Part shown: one piece after another, positions 38,406 to 48,695 of the stretch
Layout: every line of letters begins with the position of its first letter
How positions within the stretch are numbered: position 1 is the first letter of the stretch
From: an uncultured Actinomycetota bacterium
GTDB lineage: Bacteria; Actinomycetota; Actinomycetes; JAFAQI01
DNA length: 64,000 bases
Assembly: GCA_963770565.1 (NCBI GenBank)
Contig: CAVYQE010000001.1
Location: 1,120,001-1,184,000, forward strand
Direction: 5' to 3'
Notes under the pieces: generated by a model
What the model saw: the letters and a program-made list of their open reading frames with translations, nothing else
Database searches by the model: none
What the model was told of the DNA's origin: nothing
Position numbers and translations under genes: made by a program

Positions 38406-38428
38406 CGGGCCCCCGCGGCGCGGGCGGC

Positions 38429-39127
38429 TTACGGGTCGATCGCCGATGACACCAACGTCGTGGCCTGTTCATGGTGCTGCTCCGGCTTCGGTGTCGGTCG
38501 TGGCCCGACCGCGGCCGCCAGGAGCGAAGCGTTCGGGACAGAGAGCGGCCGCCCTTCGGTGATCAGCGTCACGTAGGTCATCCCGATGCCGGCAACAGTG
38601 CCTTCGATCGGGCCGCCGAGCGATCCGCTGCGGATCTGAATCGCGTCCCCGACCCGAAACGGCCGGGCCAGCAGGAGGACGACGCCGGCGAAGATGTTGC
38701 CGAGCGACTGTTGTGCGGCGATTCCGACGATCACCCCGGTGATTGCGCCGCCCAGCAGCAGGTTTCTGATCGGTACGTCGAAAATGCTGAGCGTCGTGAC
38801 CAGCACGATGAGGTAGCCGAAGACGGCGACCAGCCAGCGCATCGCACCTGCATGGCTCGGTCCGATCCGGCTGCCGATGACAAGCGAGGCCTGACCCGCG
38901 ATTGCCCGAACCGCGATTAGGGCGCTGATCACGAACGTCAACCCGCCGAGGCCGGCGATCAGCTGTTGACGTGACGAACCATGGACGTTGCCGAGCGCAC
39001 CACAGGCAACCAGCGCGAGCACTGCAACAGTCACCATGCAGGTGGCAAGACGCAGGTGTGGGCGCATTTCAGCGGGAGATCGGGGCAACACGAACCGGCC
39101 GCGCGCGCCGCGGAAGGTCAATCGCAC
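38429..39127 (-). CDS. MscS family mechanosensitive channel (short form)
   Basis: GAITGVIVGIAAQQSLGNIFAG...PFRVGD...VPN; start uncertain. Confidence 0.85.
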   Translation of the reverse strand: MRLTFRGARGRFVLPRSPAEMRPHLRLATCMVTVAVLALVACGALGNVHGSSRQQLIAGLGGLTFVISALIAVRAIAGQASLVIGSRIGPSHAGAMRWLVAVFGYLIVLVTTLSIFDVPIRNLLLGGAITGVIVGIAAQQSLGNIFAGVVLLLARPFRVGDAIQIRSGSLGGPIEGTVAGIGMTYVTLITEGRPLSVPNASLLAAAVGPRPTPKPEQHHEQATTLVSSAIDP

Positions 39128-39260
39128 TCATTTACTCGTACCCGCTCGATGCCCGTCATCAACCTCGCATGCGCCGGCCGATTTCACCGGTTGAGTTGGA
39201 GCTTCGCGGGGAAACACCACACCGAATCAACCGCCCCGGCCCTCGACAAGGTGGTGTGCA

Positions 39261-40796
39261 ATGTCAACCGCGATCAGCGAACGCGTGTCGTCCGATACGC
39301 ACGATTCACAAAGCCTGGTTCCAGCGCGGCTGGACCGGCTCGGTTGGTCGCACTTCCACACCCGGTTGGTGATCGCTCTTGGGGTCGCCTGGATCCTTGA
39401 CGGGCTCGAGATCACGATCGCGAGCAACGTGACCAACATCATCTCGAGCAAGTCCGCACTCGGGCTCGGCTCAGGGTCGGTCGCCTTCTCGGTCGGCACC
39501 ATCTACCTGCTCGGCGAGGTGGCCGGAGCACTCTTCTTCGGGCGGATGTCGGACCGCTGGGGTCGCAAGAACCTGTTCATGATCACCCTCGGGGTCTACC
39601 TCGCCGGTGGCGCGCTGACCGCATGTACGGCGGGGAACGGACCCGGCTGGGTCTACTGGCTGGATCTCACTCGCTTCATCGCCGGTATGGGTATCGGCGG
39701 CGAGTACGCCGCGATCAACTCCGCGATCGACGAGCTGATTCCGGCGAGATATCGCGGCCGGGTCGACATCGCCGTGAACGGCACGTACTGGGGTGGCGCA
39801 CTGATCGCGTCCGTTCTCACCGTGGCAGTTGTCAACCACATCTCGCCGCACTACTCGTGGCGCTTCGCCTTCCTGATCGGCCCGGCGCTCGGGTTCACGA
39901 TCCTGTTCGTCCGGAAGAACCTGCCGGAAAGCCCGCGATGGCTTCTTATGCACGGCCGAGTGGACGAGGCCGAGGCAGCAGTGAAGGCGATCGAAGACGA
40001 GGCGGCGAAGAGCACCGAGCTCGGCCCGGTTGACGAGTCGAAGGCAATCGACATCAGCCCGGCCAACAACATCGGCTTCGTTGCGCTCGCGCGCACGTTG
40101 TTCCGCGAGTATCCGAAGCGGGCGATTCTCGGCGCGACGCTGATGATCACCCAGTCGTTCCTCTACAACTCGATCTTCTTCACCTACGCGCTCGTACTTA
40201 CGAAGGTCTACGGCGTCGGCACCGGAAGCACGCCGTACTATTTCATGCTGTTTGCGGCCGGAAACCTGTTGGGACCGCTGCTGATCGGCCACCTGTTCGA
40301 CAGCATCGGCCGGCGCAAGATGATCTCCGGCACCTACCTGATCTCGGCCGTGTTGCTCGCGATCTCGGCGGTGCTGTTCAAGGCTGGCGACCTCGATGCA
40401 GTCACCCAGACGGTCTGCTGGTGCGTGATCTTCTTCTTCGCATCCGCCGGAGCCAGCGCGGCGTACCTCACCGTGTCCGAGGTGTTCCCGGTTGAGGTGC
40501 GGGCGAAGGCGATCGCGGTGTTCTTCTCGATCGCGCAGAGCTTCGGTGCGTTCGGCCCGTGGCTGTACGGCCATCTGATCGGCGACGGCACTGACCACAC
40601 GAAGCTCTTCTACGGCTACCTGCTCGGCGCCGCGGTGATGGCCATCGGCGGGGTCGTCGACCTGGCCATCGGCATCGACTCCGAGGGAAAGTCGCTCGAG
40701 GACATTGCCCCGCCGCTGTCGCTGCAGCGCACCGGATCGGCCTCGCTCAAGTCACGTGGCCCGCGGGTCATCCATGCAGACCCGCCTTCGCGGTAG
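39261..40796 (+). CDS. MFS transporter (sugar porter-like)
   Basis: WILDGLE, DRWGRK, GGEYAAINSAIDELIP, PESPRWL. Confidence 0.92.
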   Translation: MSTAISERVSSDTHDSQSLVPARLDRLGWSHFHTRLVIALGVAWILDGLEITIASNVTNIISSKSALGLGSGSVAFSVGTIYLLGEVAGALFFGRMSDRWGRKNLFMITLGVYLAGGALTACTAGNGPGWVYWLDLTRFIAGMGIGGEYAAINSAIDELIPARYRGRVDIAVNGTYWGGALIASVLTVAVVNHISPHYSWRFAFLIGPALGFTILFVRKNLPESPRWLLMHGRVDEAEAAVKAIEDEAAKSTELGPVDESKAIDISPANNIGFVALARTLFREYPKRAILGATLMITQSFLYNSIFFTYALVLTKVYGVGTGSTPYYFMLFAAGNLLGPLLIGHLFDSIGRRKMISGTYLISAVLLAISAVLFKAGDLDAVTQTVCWCVIFFFASAGASAAYLTVSEVFPVEVRAKAIAVFFSIAQSFGAFGPWLYGHLIGDGTDHTKLFYGYLLGAAVMAIGGVVDLAIGIDSEGKSLEDIAPPLSLQRTGSASLKSRGPRVIHADPPSR

Positions 40797-40819
40797 AACT
40801 CGCTCGGTTGCCGCTCCGG

Positions 40820-41542
40820 CTATCTTCGGGGCGCGTCGATCTCGTCGATGATCGCCTGTGCGATCTCGCGCAACTTGCGATGCGAGGTTTGTGACAGCTT
40901 GACGAGTACGGCGAATGCCTCCTCGGCGTTGCACCGCCGGCCTCCCATGATCACGCCCTTGGCTTGCTCGATGACAGAGCGGGACGTCATCGCGGCCGTC
41001 ATCTGCTCCGCGAGCGAGGTGGCCGAGAAGTACAGGTCGGCGTTGTTCAGCGTCACTGCGGCATACACGGAGAGGTCCTCCGCGGCTTGCACCGAGTCCG
41101 GCCCGAACGCATTGCGTTCGACGCCGTAGATGTTCAGCGCCGCGACATGCCGATCCTCGACCAGCAGCGGGACCGACAGCGAGCTTCGAAGGCCCGCGGC
41201 CGCCGCTCGGGCGCCGTACTCGGGCCAGCGGGGGTCGGCCTCCTGGTCATCGACCACGACGGTGCGCCGCTCCTCAAGCGCGGTCAGGCACGGGCCGGTG
41301 CCCGCGTCGTACTGGTAGTCGTCGATGGTGCGCGCGAAGTCCGAGGTCGAGGCGGCGGTTGCGGGGCGTCGCTCGTGCATGGTGATCGACACGTCGAAGG
41401 CGCCGGCGACGGTTTGCTTGGTGACCTCCGCCAGGCAGGCCAGGACGTCCTCCAGCGACTTGTCGCTGAGCACGATCACTCCCAGTGCCGCGATCGCCTC
41501 CGGCAGCGCCATCGGTTCGGCGCGAATCATCTCCTCAACCAT
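40820..41542 (-). CDS. GAF-ANTAR domain protein
   Basis: GPC GAF; SRSVIEQAKGVIM...AFAVL...KLREIA. Confidence 0.9.
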   Translation of the reverse strand: MVEEMIRAEPMALPEAIAALGVIVLSDKSLEDVLACLAEVTKQTVAGAFDVSITMHERRPATAASTSDFARTIDDYQYDAGTGPCLTALEERRTVVVDDQEADPRWPEYGARAAAAGLRSSLSVPLLVEDRHVAALNIYGVERNAFGPDSVQAAEDLSVYAAVTLNNADLYFSATSLAEQMTAAMTSRSVIEQAKGVIMGGRRCNAEEAFAVLVKLSQTSHRKLREIAQAIIDEIDAPRR

Positions 41543-41563
41543 CGGTCGACGGTCCTCTCTTTG

Positions 41564-42439
41564 TCAGGACGCTTGATCGTCCAGGCAGAGGGCGTCGTGA
41601 AGGCGTTGAAGGGTCTGGGTGAGCAGCCGAGACACGTGCATCTGGCTGATACCCAGCTCCTGCGCGATCTCGGTCTGCGTCAGGTCGCGGAAGAAGCGCA
41701 GGAAGATGATCCGTCGCTCGCGTTCCGGCAGTTGGTCGAGCAGCCCGATCACGCACTGCCGGCGCTCGACCAGGTCGAGTGCCGGATCCTCGACGCCGAG
41801 GCTGCGTTCGATCGCGATCGACAAGGAGTGATCCCCGTCGCCGATTGCGTCGATGCTTGCCGCGGAATAGGCGTTGGCGGCGTCGAGCGCCTCGAGGACC
41901 GCGTCTTCAGTAAGGCTCAGGTGCCCAGCCAGCTCGGCGATCGTCGGTGAGCGCCCCAGCTGGTGGGAGAGCTCCTCGCGGGCCGCTGAAAGGCGTGGTC
42001 GCATCTCCTGCAAGCCCCGAGGAAGGCGAACCAGCCAACTCTTGTCCCGGAAATAGCGCTTGATCTCACCGAGGATCGTCGGTGTCGCGAAGGTCGAGAA
42101 CGCGCTGCCGCGAGTGGGGTCGAAGCGGTCAACGCTCTTGATCAAGCCGAGCATCCCGACCTGCGTCAGGTCCTCGAGGCTCACCCCCCGGTCGCGGTAG
42201 CGGCGAGCAAGGAAGCTGACCAGCGCCATGTGCCGGGAGACCAACTCGTTGCGCACATCGGAGCGGGCCGGATGCCCTGACGGAAGCGACCCGAGGAGGT
42301 CCCACAGCTGATCGTTGCTGCGGTCGGATGCCGCCTCCGCCGGAACCTCAGCGGTCAGCTCGGCTTGCCGACACACGGCGTGCGAGTCCGATGCCGCCGA
42401 GTGGATGGCGAGCCCGACGGGTTCGATATCGATCGACAT
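41564..42439 (-). CDS. SigB/SigF family RNA polymerase sigma factor
   Basis: EDLTQVG, FATPTILGEIKRYFRD, GISQMHVSRLL. Confidence 0.93.
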   Translation of the reverse strand: MSIDIEPVGLAIHSAASDSHAVCRQAELTAEVPAEAASDRSNDQLWDLLGSLPSGHPARSDVRNELVSRHMALVSFLARRYRDRGVSLEDLTQVGMLGLIKSVDRFDPTRGSAFSTFATPTILGEIKRYFRDKSWLVRLPRGLQEMRPRLSAAREELSHQLGRSPTIAELAGHLSLTEDAVLEALDAANAYSAASIDAIGDGDHSLSIAIERSLGVEDPALDLVERRQCVIGLLDQLPERERRIIFLRFFRDLTQTEIAQELGISQMHVSRLLTQTLQRLHDALCLDDQAS

Positions 42440-42562
42440 GGTGTGACTCCCTCCAGTCGTGTCGCGGAAGCGGAGTGCAACGGGTTGTTCCGGTACCTAC
42501 CGCGACGCGTTCATCGATAAACGGCTGCGCCGCAGCAAAAAGCGACAAAGCCGCCGACTACG

Positions 42563-42934
42563 TCAGTGAGCGTTCGCCGCGACTGCGACAATGTCGGCCC
42601 ACACGTCCTTGCCGGTGGTTGCCGACTTCGTGTACCCCCAGTCGGTAGTCATCGCTTCAACGATGGCGAGGCCCCGCCCACTTGTCCGCTCATCGTTCAG
42701 CGATGCTGATGCGGGCTTGACCGGCGAACGATCACGAACCACGATGTGCAGCAGCCGGCCCCGGAGTGAGATCGTCAATGTGACCGGCCCGCTGCCATGA
42801 ACGATCGCGTTGGTCACCAACTCGTTCACGACCACCAACGTGTCATCGGAGCACGCGATCAGGTTCCAGCGGCGAAGTGCGTCGCGCGCGAACCCCCGAG
42901 CGGTTGCCAGGCTCGCTGGGGCAGCCGGCAACAC
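42563..42934 (-). CDS. RsbW-like anti-sigma factor (HATPase)
   Basis: NELVTNAIVHG, GRGL, GKDVW. Confidence 0.85.
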   Translation of the reverse strand: MLPAAPASLATARGFARDALRRWNLIACSDDTLVVVNELVTNAIVHGSGPVTLTISLRGRLLHIVVRDRSPVKPASASLNDERTSGRGLAIVEAMTTDWGYTKSATTGKDVWADIVAVAANAH

Positions 42935-43011
42935 GACCGTTCGCGTCGAATCCTTGATGTCCTGGATACGTTGGTTATGCCCGATCTGAGCGGTCGCAAT
43001 CTCCAGGCTAG

Positions 43012-43350
43012 CTAGCCGCTGAGGGCGGCATCGATGGTTTCGTGAATCGCGAACACCCTGGACAGACCGGTGATGTCGAAGACCTTCAGGATGTGCGGGC
43101 GGGTGCAGACGAGCGCCAGGTCACCCTGAACTCCGCGGACTCGTTTGAGTGCGCTGACGAGGACGCCGAGGCCCGTGCTGTCGAGGAAGTCCACTGCCTC
43201 GAGGTCGACGATCAGGCTGATCTTCGCCTGTTCGATGAGGTCGAGCAGTTGCATCCTGAGGCTCGGTGCGGTGGCGATGTCGATCTCGCCGGCGACCGAA
43301 AGAACGGTGTACGTGTCATGGCTGTCGTCGACAGAGAAGCCGAGGCCCAC
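43012..43350 (-). CDS. STAS anti-anti-sigma factor
   Basis: GEIDIATAP, FLDSTGLG. Confidence 0.92.
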   Translation of the reverse strand: MGLGFSVDDSHDTYTVLSVAGEIDIATAPSLRMQLLDLIEQAKISLIVDLEAVDFLDSTGLGVLVSALKRVRGVQGDLALVCTRPHILKVFDITGLSRVFAIHETIDAALSG

Positions 43351-43557
43351 GGAGTTCCCTTCAGATCAGGACAAGCGCACAGATGATGAGAACTGCCACT
43401 CGACGCTGCTGTCGGGTTTGATCATTCTAGCCGGTTCGTTGCGACGGTTGCCGTGTGTATGATCGGGCCCTGATAGACCGCCAGAAGCGTGCGGTTGACC
43501 AGTGCAAGATCGGTCGGCTTCTGGGGAGGGGCCGACCCGGGTGTTGTTGGGGTGAAC

Positions 43558-43812
43558 ATGGCCTCCAGTGCGACTCGTCTGTCACGACTCGCTCAAGTCA
43601 GTACGGCGTTGCTGGACGCCGTTGACGCACTGACCGAGGAGTTCCCAGAGGTGCCGGTGTCGATCATCTACGAGAAGGTCGGCGAGGCCCGCGGCGTGGC
43701 CGCGCGTTACTTGCCGGATCCCGTCGGGTATCGACTCGCCATCGAAAAGGAAGCTCGGCGGCGGCTCCGCTTCGCCGACAACGACACGCCTGCACCGGAA
43801 GTCAGCACCTAG
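43558..43812 (+). CDS. Hypothetical protein
   Basis: 84-aa ORF with coding-like composition. Confidence 0.5.
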   Translation: MASSATRLSRLAQVSTALLDAVDALTEEFPEVPVSIIYEKVGEARGVAARYLPDPVGYRLAIEKEARRRLRFADNDTPAPEVST

Positions 43813-43842
43813 TGCGCTGAGGGCGACGGATGGGCACTCATC

Positions 43843-45072
43843 GTGCCCGGCGCACTCGTGTCCGGTCTCGTTGGCTCGGGTGAAAGGAATGACGTGCCGA
43901 TCGGCTATGTCGTCGCGGTAGGGGTTGCGGCTGTTGTGACGGCCGCCGCGCTTGCGCCGGTGCCGCGCAGCTGGCGGCTGGGGCAGGCGTGCTGGCGATT
44001 GGGCATGCAGGCCAACGAGGTTCCGTTCGTGATTGCGGCCTGGCTGCTCGTCGCCACCGCACTCGCCGCCGCCCAGGGTCAGGTGAGCACGACGGGCGGG
44101 CTGGTCGGCCTGGGCGTGGCCGTGCTGACCATGGCCGGTCTCGCGGTCGTGACTGAGCGGGCGCTGCGGGCCCGGGCGATCGCGGAGCGGGCAATCGCGG
44201 ACGGCATGCGATCGGCCGAGCTGACCGGATCGATCCTCCACAGGCCCCGCGCGCGGCGTCGTCGCCCGTGGGCGCAGCTGCTGTTCAAGCCCCTCGCGGT
44301 GCGTCGGTCGGACGTCGTACGGCGGGCAAACATTGCCTACGGCCCGGCTGGACGGTCGAACCTGCTCGACGTGTATCTCCCGCGTTCCGGGGTCACGACC
44401 GGGCCCTGCCTGGTGTATTTCCACGGCGGCGCCTACCGCACCGGACGGAAGAACCGGGAAGCCCGCGCGCTCATCTATCGGCTCGCGAGCCAGGGCTGGG
44501 TGTGCGTCAGCGCGAACTACCGGCTAGCAGACACGGCGCGGTATCCCGCTCCGTTGGTCGATGCGAAGCGGGTGATCTCGTGGATGCGCGAGCAAGCCCC
44601 GAGCTATGGCGCCGACCCGTCGTCGATCGTCGTTGCGGGCAGCTCCGCCGGTGCACACCTCGCCGCAATGTCGGCACTTACTCCGAACCAGGCCGACCTC
44701 CAACCCGGCTTTGAATCAGCCAGCACCGAGGTGGCAGCTGCCATGTGCCTCTACGGCTTCTACGGAGCGCCGACGTGGATCGAGCGCGAACCAGGTGCCT
44801 TGTCAGCACCGCTCGAGCAGCTCGACGGCCACGCGCCCCCGATGTTCCTCGCGCACGGGACTCACGACGTCTTCGTTTCGGTTGCCGCCGTCCGCGAGTT
44901 CGTCAGACGGTTTCGTACCGCGGCGCCACACCGCCCGCTCGTGTATCTCGAGTTGCCCGGCGCCCAGCACACGTTCGATCTTTACCACTCGATCCGTTTC
45001 GATGCCGTGCTGGGCGCAATCGACGCCTTCGTGGAGTGCATCGATCTCACCAAGGGCGGGCGGTCATGGTAG
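43843..45072 (+). CDS. Membrane-anchored alpha/beta hydrolase (esterase)
   Basis: HGGA oxyanion, GSSAG nucleophile, HGTHD, GAQHTFD. Confidence 0.9.
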   Translation: MPGALVSGLVGSGERNDVPIGYVVAVGVAAVVTAAALAPVPRSWRLGQACWRLGMQANEVPFVIAAWLLVATALAAAQGQVSTTGGLVGLGVAVLTMAGLAVVTERALRARAIAERAIADGMRSAELTGSILHRPRARRRRPWAQLLFKPLAVRRSDVVRRANIAYGPAGRSNLLDVYLPRSGVTTGPCLVYFHGGAYRTGRKNREARALIYRLASQGWVCVSANYRLADTARYPAPLVDAKRVISWMREQAPSYGADPSSIVVAGSSAGAHLAAMSALTPNQADLQPGFESASTEVAAAMCLYGFYGAPTWIEREPGALSAPLEQLDGHAPPMFLAHGTHDVFVSVAAVREFVRRFRTAAPHRPLVYLELPGAQHTFDLYHSIRFDAVLGAIDAFVECIDLTKGGRSW

Positions 45073-45095
45073 GCGGACCTCGGCGAGTGTGGTGC

Positions 45096-45440
45096 TTAGC
45101 CGCTGGTCGCGGCCCGCAACGAGTCATAGATGTCGAAGACGGTCGACAGCCCGGTGATCTCGAAGACCTTGAGCAGGGACTCACGCGTACAGACCAGGGT
45201 GAGATCGCCACCTTCGGCGCGGGCTCGGTTGTGTGCGCTCACGAGTACGCCGAGACCGGTGCTGTCGAGGAAGGTCACGGCCTCGAGGTTCACGATCAGG
45301 TTGACCTGGCCCAGATTGATGAGCTCGAGCAACTGCGTCCGGAGGTCGGGTGCGGTCGCGAGATCGACCTCACCAGCGACCTGGAGGATGGTGCGCCCGG
45401 GCTGGCTGCTGTCCACGGTTAGCCCGAAGTCCATGATCAA
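45096..45440 (-). CDS. STAS anti-anti-sigma factor
   Basis: GEVDLATAP, FLDSTGLG. Confidence 0.92.
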   Translation of the reverse strand: MIMDFGLTVDSSQPGRTILQVAGEVDLATAPDLRTQLLELINLGQVNLIVNLEAVTFLDSTGLGVLVSAHNRARAEGGDLTLVCTRESLLKVFEITGLSTVFDIYDSLRAATSG

Positions 45441-45651
45441 CCTTTCAGCGCGTCGTGAAGAGGTGACCGGATGTCGCTGAGAATGACCGGGAGCAGTACG
45501 CGCGCAGTCAAGAGCCTAATCGCTGCGCCCCCGCGCCGTGAGCCGCGCCGTCGGGCCCGGTTCCGGTCGCTGGCACGCAATACTTTGTCGATGATGGTCC
45601 CGCCCGGGTCAGCGCGGATGGCTCCGTTGTCCCGAGACTGCGGTGTGACCG

Positions 45652-46632
45652 TTGGCTGAGGCCGTTCGCGCACGCGTTCAATTCGACGCCGACCCCAGCG
45701 CGGTGGGGCTGGCCCGGGCCTGGCTGTCCGCCCAGCTCCCGGACTGGTCAGCGGATGGCCTTGCCACGGTTGCCCTGCTGACTTCCGAACTCGTCACTAA
45801 CGCGGTCCTGCACAGCACCGACGTCATCGAGATCGCTGCCGAGCGCGACGGACCCTGGTTGCTCGTGGAGGTTTCGGACCGTAGCCCTTCGAAGCCGGTC
45901 GTGAAGACGTACGGCGAGGAAGCCGCGACCGGACGCGGGCTTCGCCTGGTCGAAGCGTTAGCGGCGGCATGGGGCGTGCGCGGGGAAGAAACGCGAAAAT
46001 CGGTGTGGTTCAAGGTCGTCGACGACCCGACCCGGCGCAGTGTCGCGCCGTCGCGGGAGGCGAGCGACACCGCCAGCGAAAGCGGCTGGCTCGATCACGA
46101 CGGCGGTCCCGCCCCACCGCCGCCGGGAGCTCATGGTGGACCGGAAGTGACGGTGCGGTTGCGACAACTTCCGGTCGCGACGTATCTCGCTGTCGAGGAG
46201 CACCACGATGCCTTGGTTCGCGAACTCACGCTCTTGCCTTCGCCGGGTGGTACGCCGCGCGACTCGTCGATGTCGCACCGGCTGCTGTGGCTGGCCGCCC
46301 AGCTGAGTGCGCAGTTCGGCGCCGGCAACCAGCAACGTCGGGAGCAGGTGGAGGCCGCGCGGCTGGCCGGCGATCGGGCCGTGGACGTGGTGATGCTGTT
46401 TCCGGCCGGGTCGCAGGATCAGATCGTCGCGGTCGCGGACCAGATCGACGAGGTCGACGAGTTCTGCGTGGCCGGTGCCTTGCTGACCCCGCCGTCAACT
46501 CCCGCGATCAAGCTATTCCGTCGCTGGTACACCGACGAAATCGTCCGGCAGCTGTCCGGGCAACCGTCGGAGCCGTGGCCGTACCTGGATGACGACCCCT
46601 CAGCTGCTCCGCCCGCCGGCGGCGCGCGGTGA
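45652..46632 (+). CDS. RsbW-like HATPase with C-terminal extension
   Basis: SELVTNAVLH, TGRGL, KSVWF, then extra helical domain. Confidence 0.85.
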   Translation: MAEAVRARVQFDADPSAVGLARAWLSAQLPDWSADGLATVALLTSELVTNAVLHSTDVIEIAAERDGPWLLVEVSDRSPSKPVVKTYGEEAATGRGLRLVEALAAAWGVRGEETRKSVWFKVVDDPTRRSVAPSREASDTASESGWLDHDGGPAPPPPGAHGGPEVTVRLRQLPVATYLAVEEHHDALVRELTLLPSPGGTPRDSSMSHRLLWLAAQLSAQFGAGNQQRREQVEAARLAGDRAVDVVMLFPAGSQDQIVAVADQIDEVDEFCVAGALLTPPSTPAIKLFRRWYTDEIVRQLSGQPSEPWPYLDDDPSAAPPAGGAR

Positions 46633-48326
46633 TGAGGCCACAACTGCGCCGGCTGAGCCTCGCCGTCTTCGTGTTGATGGTTGTCATCACGATTGCCGGC
46701 ACGGTGACCGCCAGGATCACCGTCAAGGACCAGGAAAAACGACTGCTGCGCGAGCGAGCCAACGAGGTCGCGCTGGTCCTGACGTCGTCGATCGGCGCGT
46801 TACCGGCGCCGTTGGATGTGCTCGGGGGCGTTCTGCGCGCGACGAACGAGTCGCCATCTGCCTTCAGGCAAGCGAGTGCGGCCGCGGAGGTCGGCGGGGC
46901 GGTGCCAGTGACCTTCGCTCTGCTTCGCAAGACTCCGGCTGGCTTCGTGGTCGTGATGGCGAAGGGCACCGGTCTCCATGCCGGGCAGGTGATCACCGAC
47001 CAGCGAACCCGGGCCTTCGGGGCGGCACTCACCAGCGGCAAGCTCGAGCCGACCGTGGTCGTCGGGCACGGCGCCGACCGAGCGCTCGGATTCGCCCTAG
47101 GTCCGCCGGTCGCCCCGGCCGGCACGGTGCTCTACCGGCAGGACCTGCTCGGCCCGGTCGGGGCTCCGCGCTCAGCCGGGACGGCTCCGTTCAGCGAGCT
47201 CGACGTCGTCATCTATGCAGCGTCTCGACCCGATCCCACCCAGGTGCTGGCGAAGACCACGGACACCGTTCCGTTGAAGGGCCAGGTGTATGACGTTCCG
47301 CTGGCGGCCGGTGGTGTGACGTGGACGCTTCAGGCCGCGGCCGTGCATCCGTTGGTCGGCGCGGCGACCGAGGACGCGCCATGGATCGTGCTGGTCGGCG
47401 GCATGTTCCTGTCCGCACTCGCGGCGCTGGTGATCGAGATCGAAACCCGGCGCCGCAAAGCCGCACTTGGCCGGTACGACGCCGAACACCGGGCTGCGGA
47501 GAGCCTTCAGCGCAGCCTGCTCCCTACCCTTCCTGCCGTGCCCGGCGTCGGTCTGGCGGCGCGATACCTCCCCGGAGCTGCACACCAGGCGGTCGGCGGA
47601 GACTGGTTCGACGTCTTCGAACTCGACGACGGGCGGGTCGGGCTGGTGATCGGGGACGTCGTCGGGCACGACATCGCGGCTGCTGCGGCCATGTCGAAGA
47701 TCCAGTCGGCGCTGCGCGCATTCGCGCTGGGCGGTGCATCGCCGGTCGAGGTGCTGGATCGGCTCGACGCCATGATCACCACGTTCGAGATCAGCGAGTT
47801 GGCGACGGTGTTCTACGGCGTTCTCGACCATCCGGACGCGCGTGGCGGCCGGCTATTGACGTACGTGAACGGCGGCCACCTTGCACCGCTCGTCCGAGGG
47901 CCGGGCGGACAGGTGGAGGCGCTCAACAGCCCGCAGCCGCTGCTTCTGGGCGCACCTCGACGTTCGGGCGCCAGCCGGCAACAAGCGACCGTCTACCTGA
48001 GTGCCGGGTCGACCGCCGTGCTGTTCACGGACGGCCTGGTCGAGGTTCCGGGGGAGTCGCTGACGATCTCGCTCGCCCGGTTCGCAGCAGCCGTCTCCGA
48101 TATCGAAGGAGACGTGACCGCGGATGAGCTGTGTGCGCACATCCTCGCCGACATCAACCCAGAACGGCTACGCGACGACGTGGCGGTACTCGTCATCGGG
48201 CTGGTCGCCGAGGACCCGCATCCTCCGCCTGAGCAACGGCCGTCCTCGGCTCAAGATGTCTCAGTAAGCGTCGCGGTCTTCGATGACGGTCCGGCGGGTT
48301 CCGACGGTGGCTACTCCCGCGACTGA
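46629..48326 (+). CDS. Membrane sensor PP2C/SpoIIE phosphatase
   Basis: Two TM segments, LQRSLLP, VGGDWFD, IGDVVGH, FTDGLVE, DDVAVL. Confidence 0.92.
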   Translation: MMRPQLRRLSLAVFVLMVVITIAGTVTARITVKDQEKRLLRERANEVALVLTSSIGALPAPLDVLGGVLRATNESPSAFRQASAAAEVGGAVPVTFALLRKTPAGFVVVMAKGTGLHAGQVITDQRTRAFGAALTSGKLEPTVVVGHGADRALGFALGPPVAPAGTVLYRQDLLGPVGAPRSAGTAPFSELDVVIYAASRPDPTQVLAKTTDTVPLKGQVYDVPLAAGGVTWTLQAAAVHPLVGAATEDAPWIVLVGGMFLSALAALVIEIETRRRKAALGRYDAEHRAAESLQRSLLPTLPAVPGVGLAARYLPGAAHQAVGGDWFDVFELDDGRVGLVIGDVVGHDIAAAAAMSKIQSALRAFALGGASPVEVLDRLDAMITTFEISELATVFYGVLDHPDARGGRLLTYVNGGHLAPLVRGPGGQVEALNSPQPLLLGAPRRSGASRQQATVYLSAGSTAVLFTDGLVEVPGESLTISLARFAAAVSDIEGDVTADELCAHILADINPERLRDDVAVLVIGLVAEDPHPPPEQRPSSAQDVSVSVAVFDDGPAGSDGGYSRD

Positions 48327-48494
48327 GCGGCGTCGCGGCGCGAAGATGAGCAGGTCGACGAACAGGCCGATCGCGCCGACGATCATCAGGATGATCCCAA
48401 TCGTGTTGACGTTGAAGCCACGAGTTGTGACGTTGACGGCGAAGGTCAGAACGGCGCCTACCGCAACGAGGAACAGGCTGACTCCGATACCCAC
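48261..48494 (-). CDS. Small two-TM protein (DUF6458-like)
   Basis: MGIGVSLFLVAVGAVLTFAV...IGIILMIVG; RBS AGGAGG. Confidence 0.8.
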   Translation of the reverse strand: MGIGVSLFLVAVGAVLTFAVNVTTRGFNVNTIGIILMIVGAIGLFVDLLIFAPRRRSVAGVATVGTRRTVIEDRDAY

Positions 48495-48695
48495 GATGAC
48501 CTCCTAGGACGTAGCACGGACGGTCGAGTAGGTGCCCGACGCGTCGTCGCACCAAATGCAGTGATCGGGTGACGAAGCATGAACGAACCGATGGCCGGGT
48601 AACACGAACATCGAATCGTCGCGAGATAGGTCACCGGGTAGATACCTACGGACACGTCCCGCATGTGCCCATGGACGAGCGAGGAGGGTTCCGCT

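Noticed and set aside
37258-38576. Several ORFs in the track overlapping the tRNA array (e.g. 37258-37761, 37947-38342)
   Set aside because: They are translations of tRNA genes (GSNP/GFEP/RESN patterns), not proteins.
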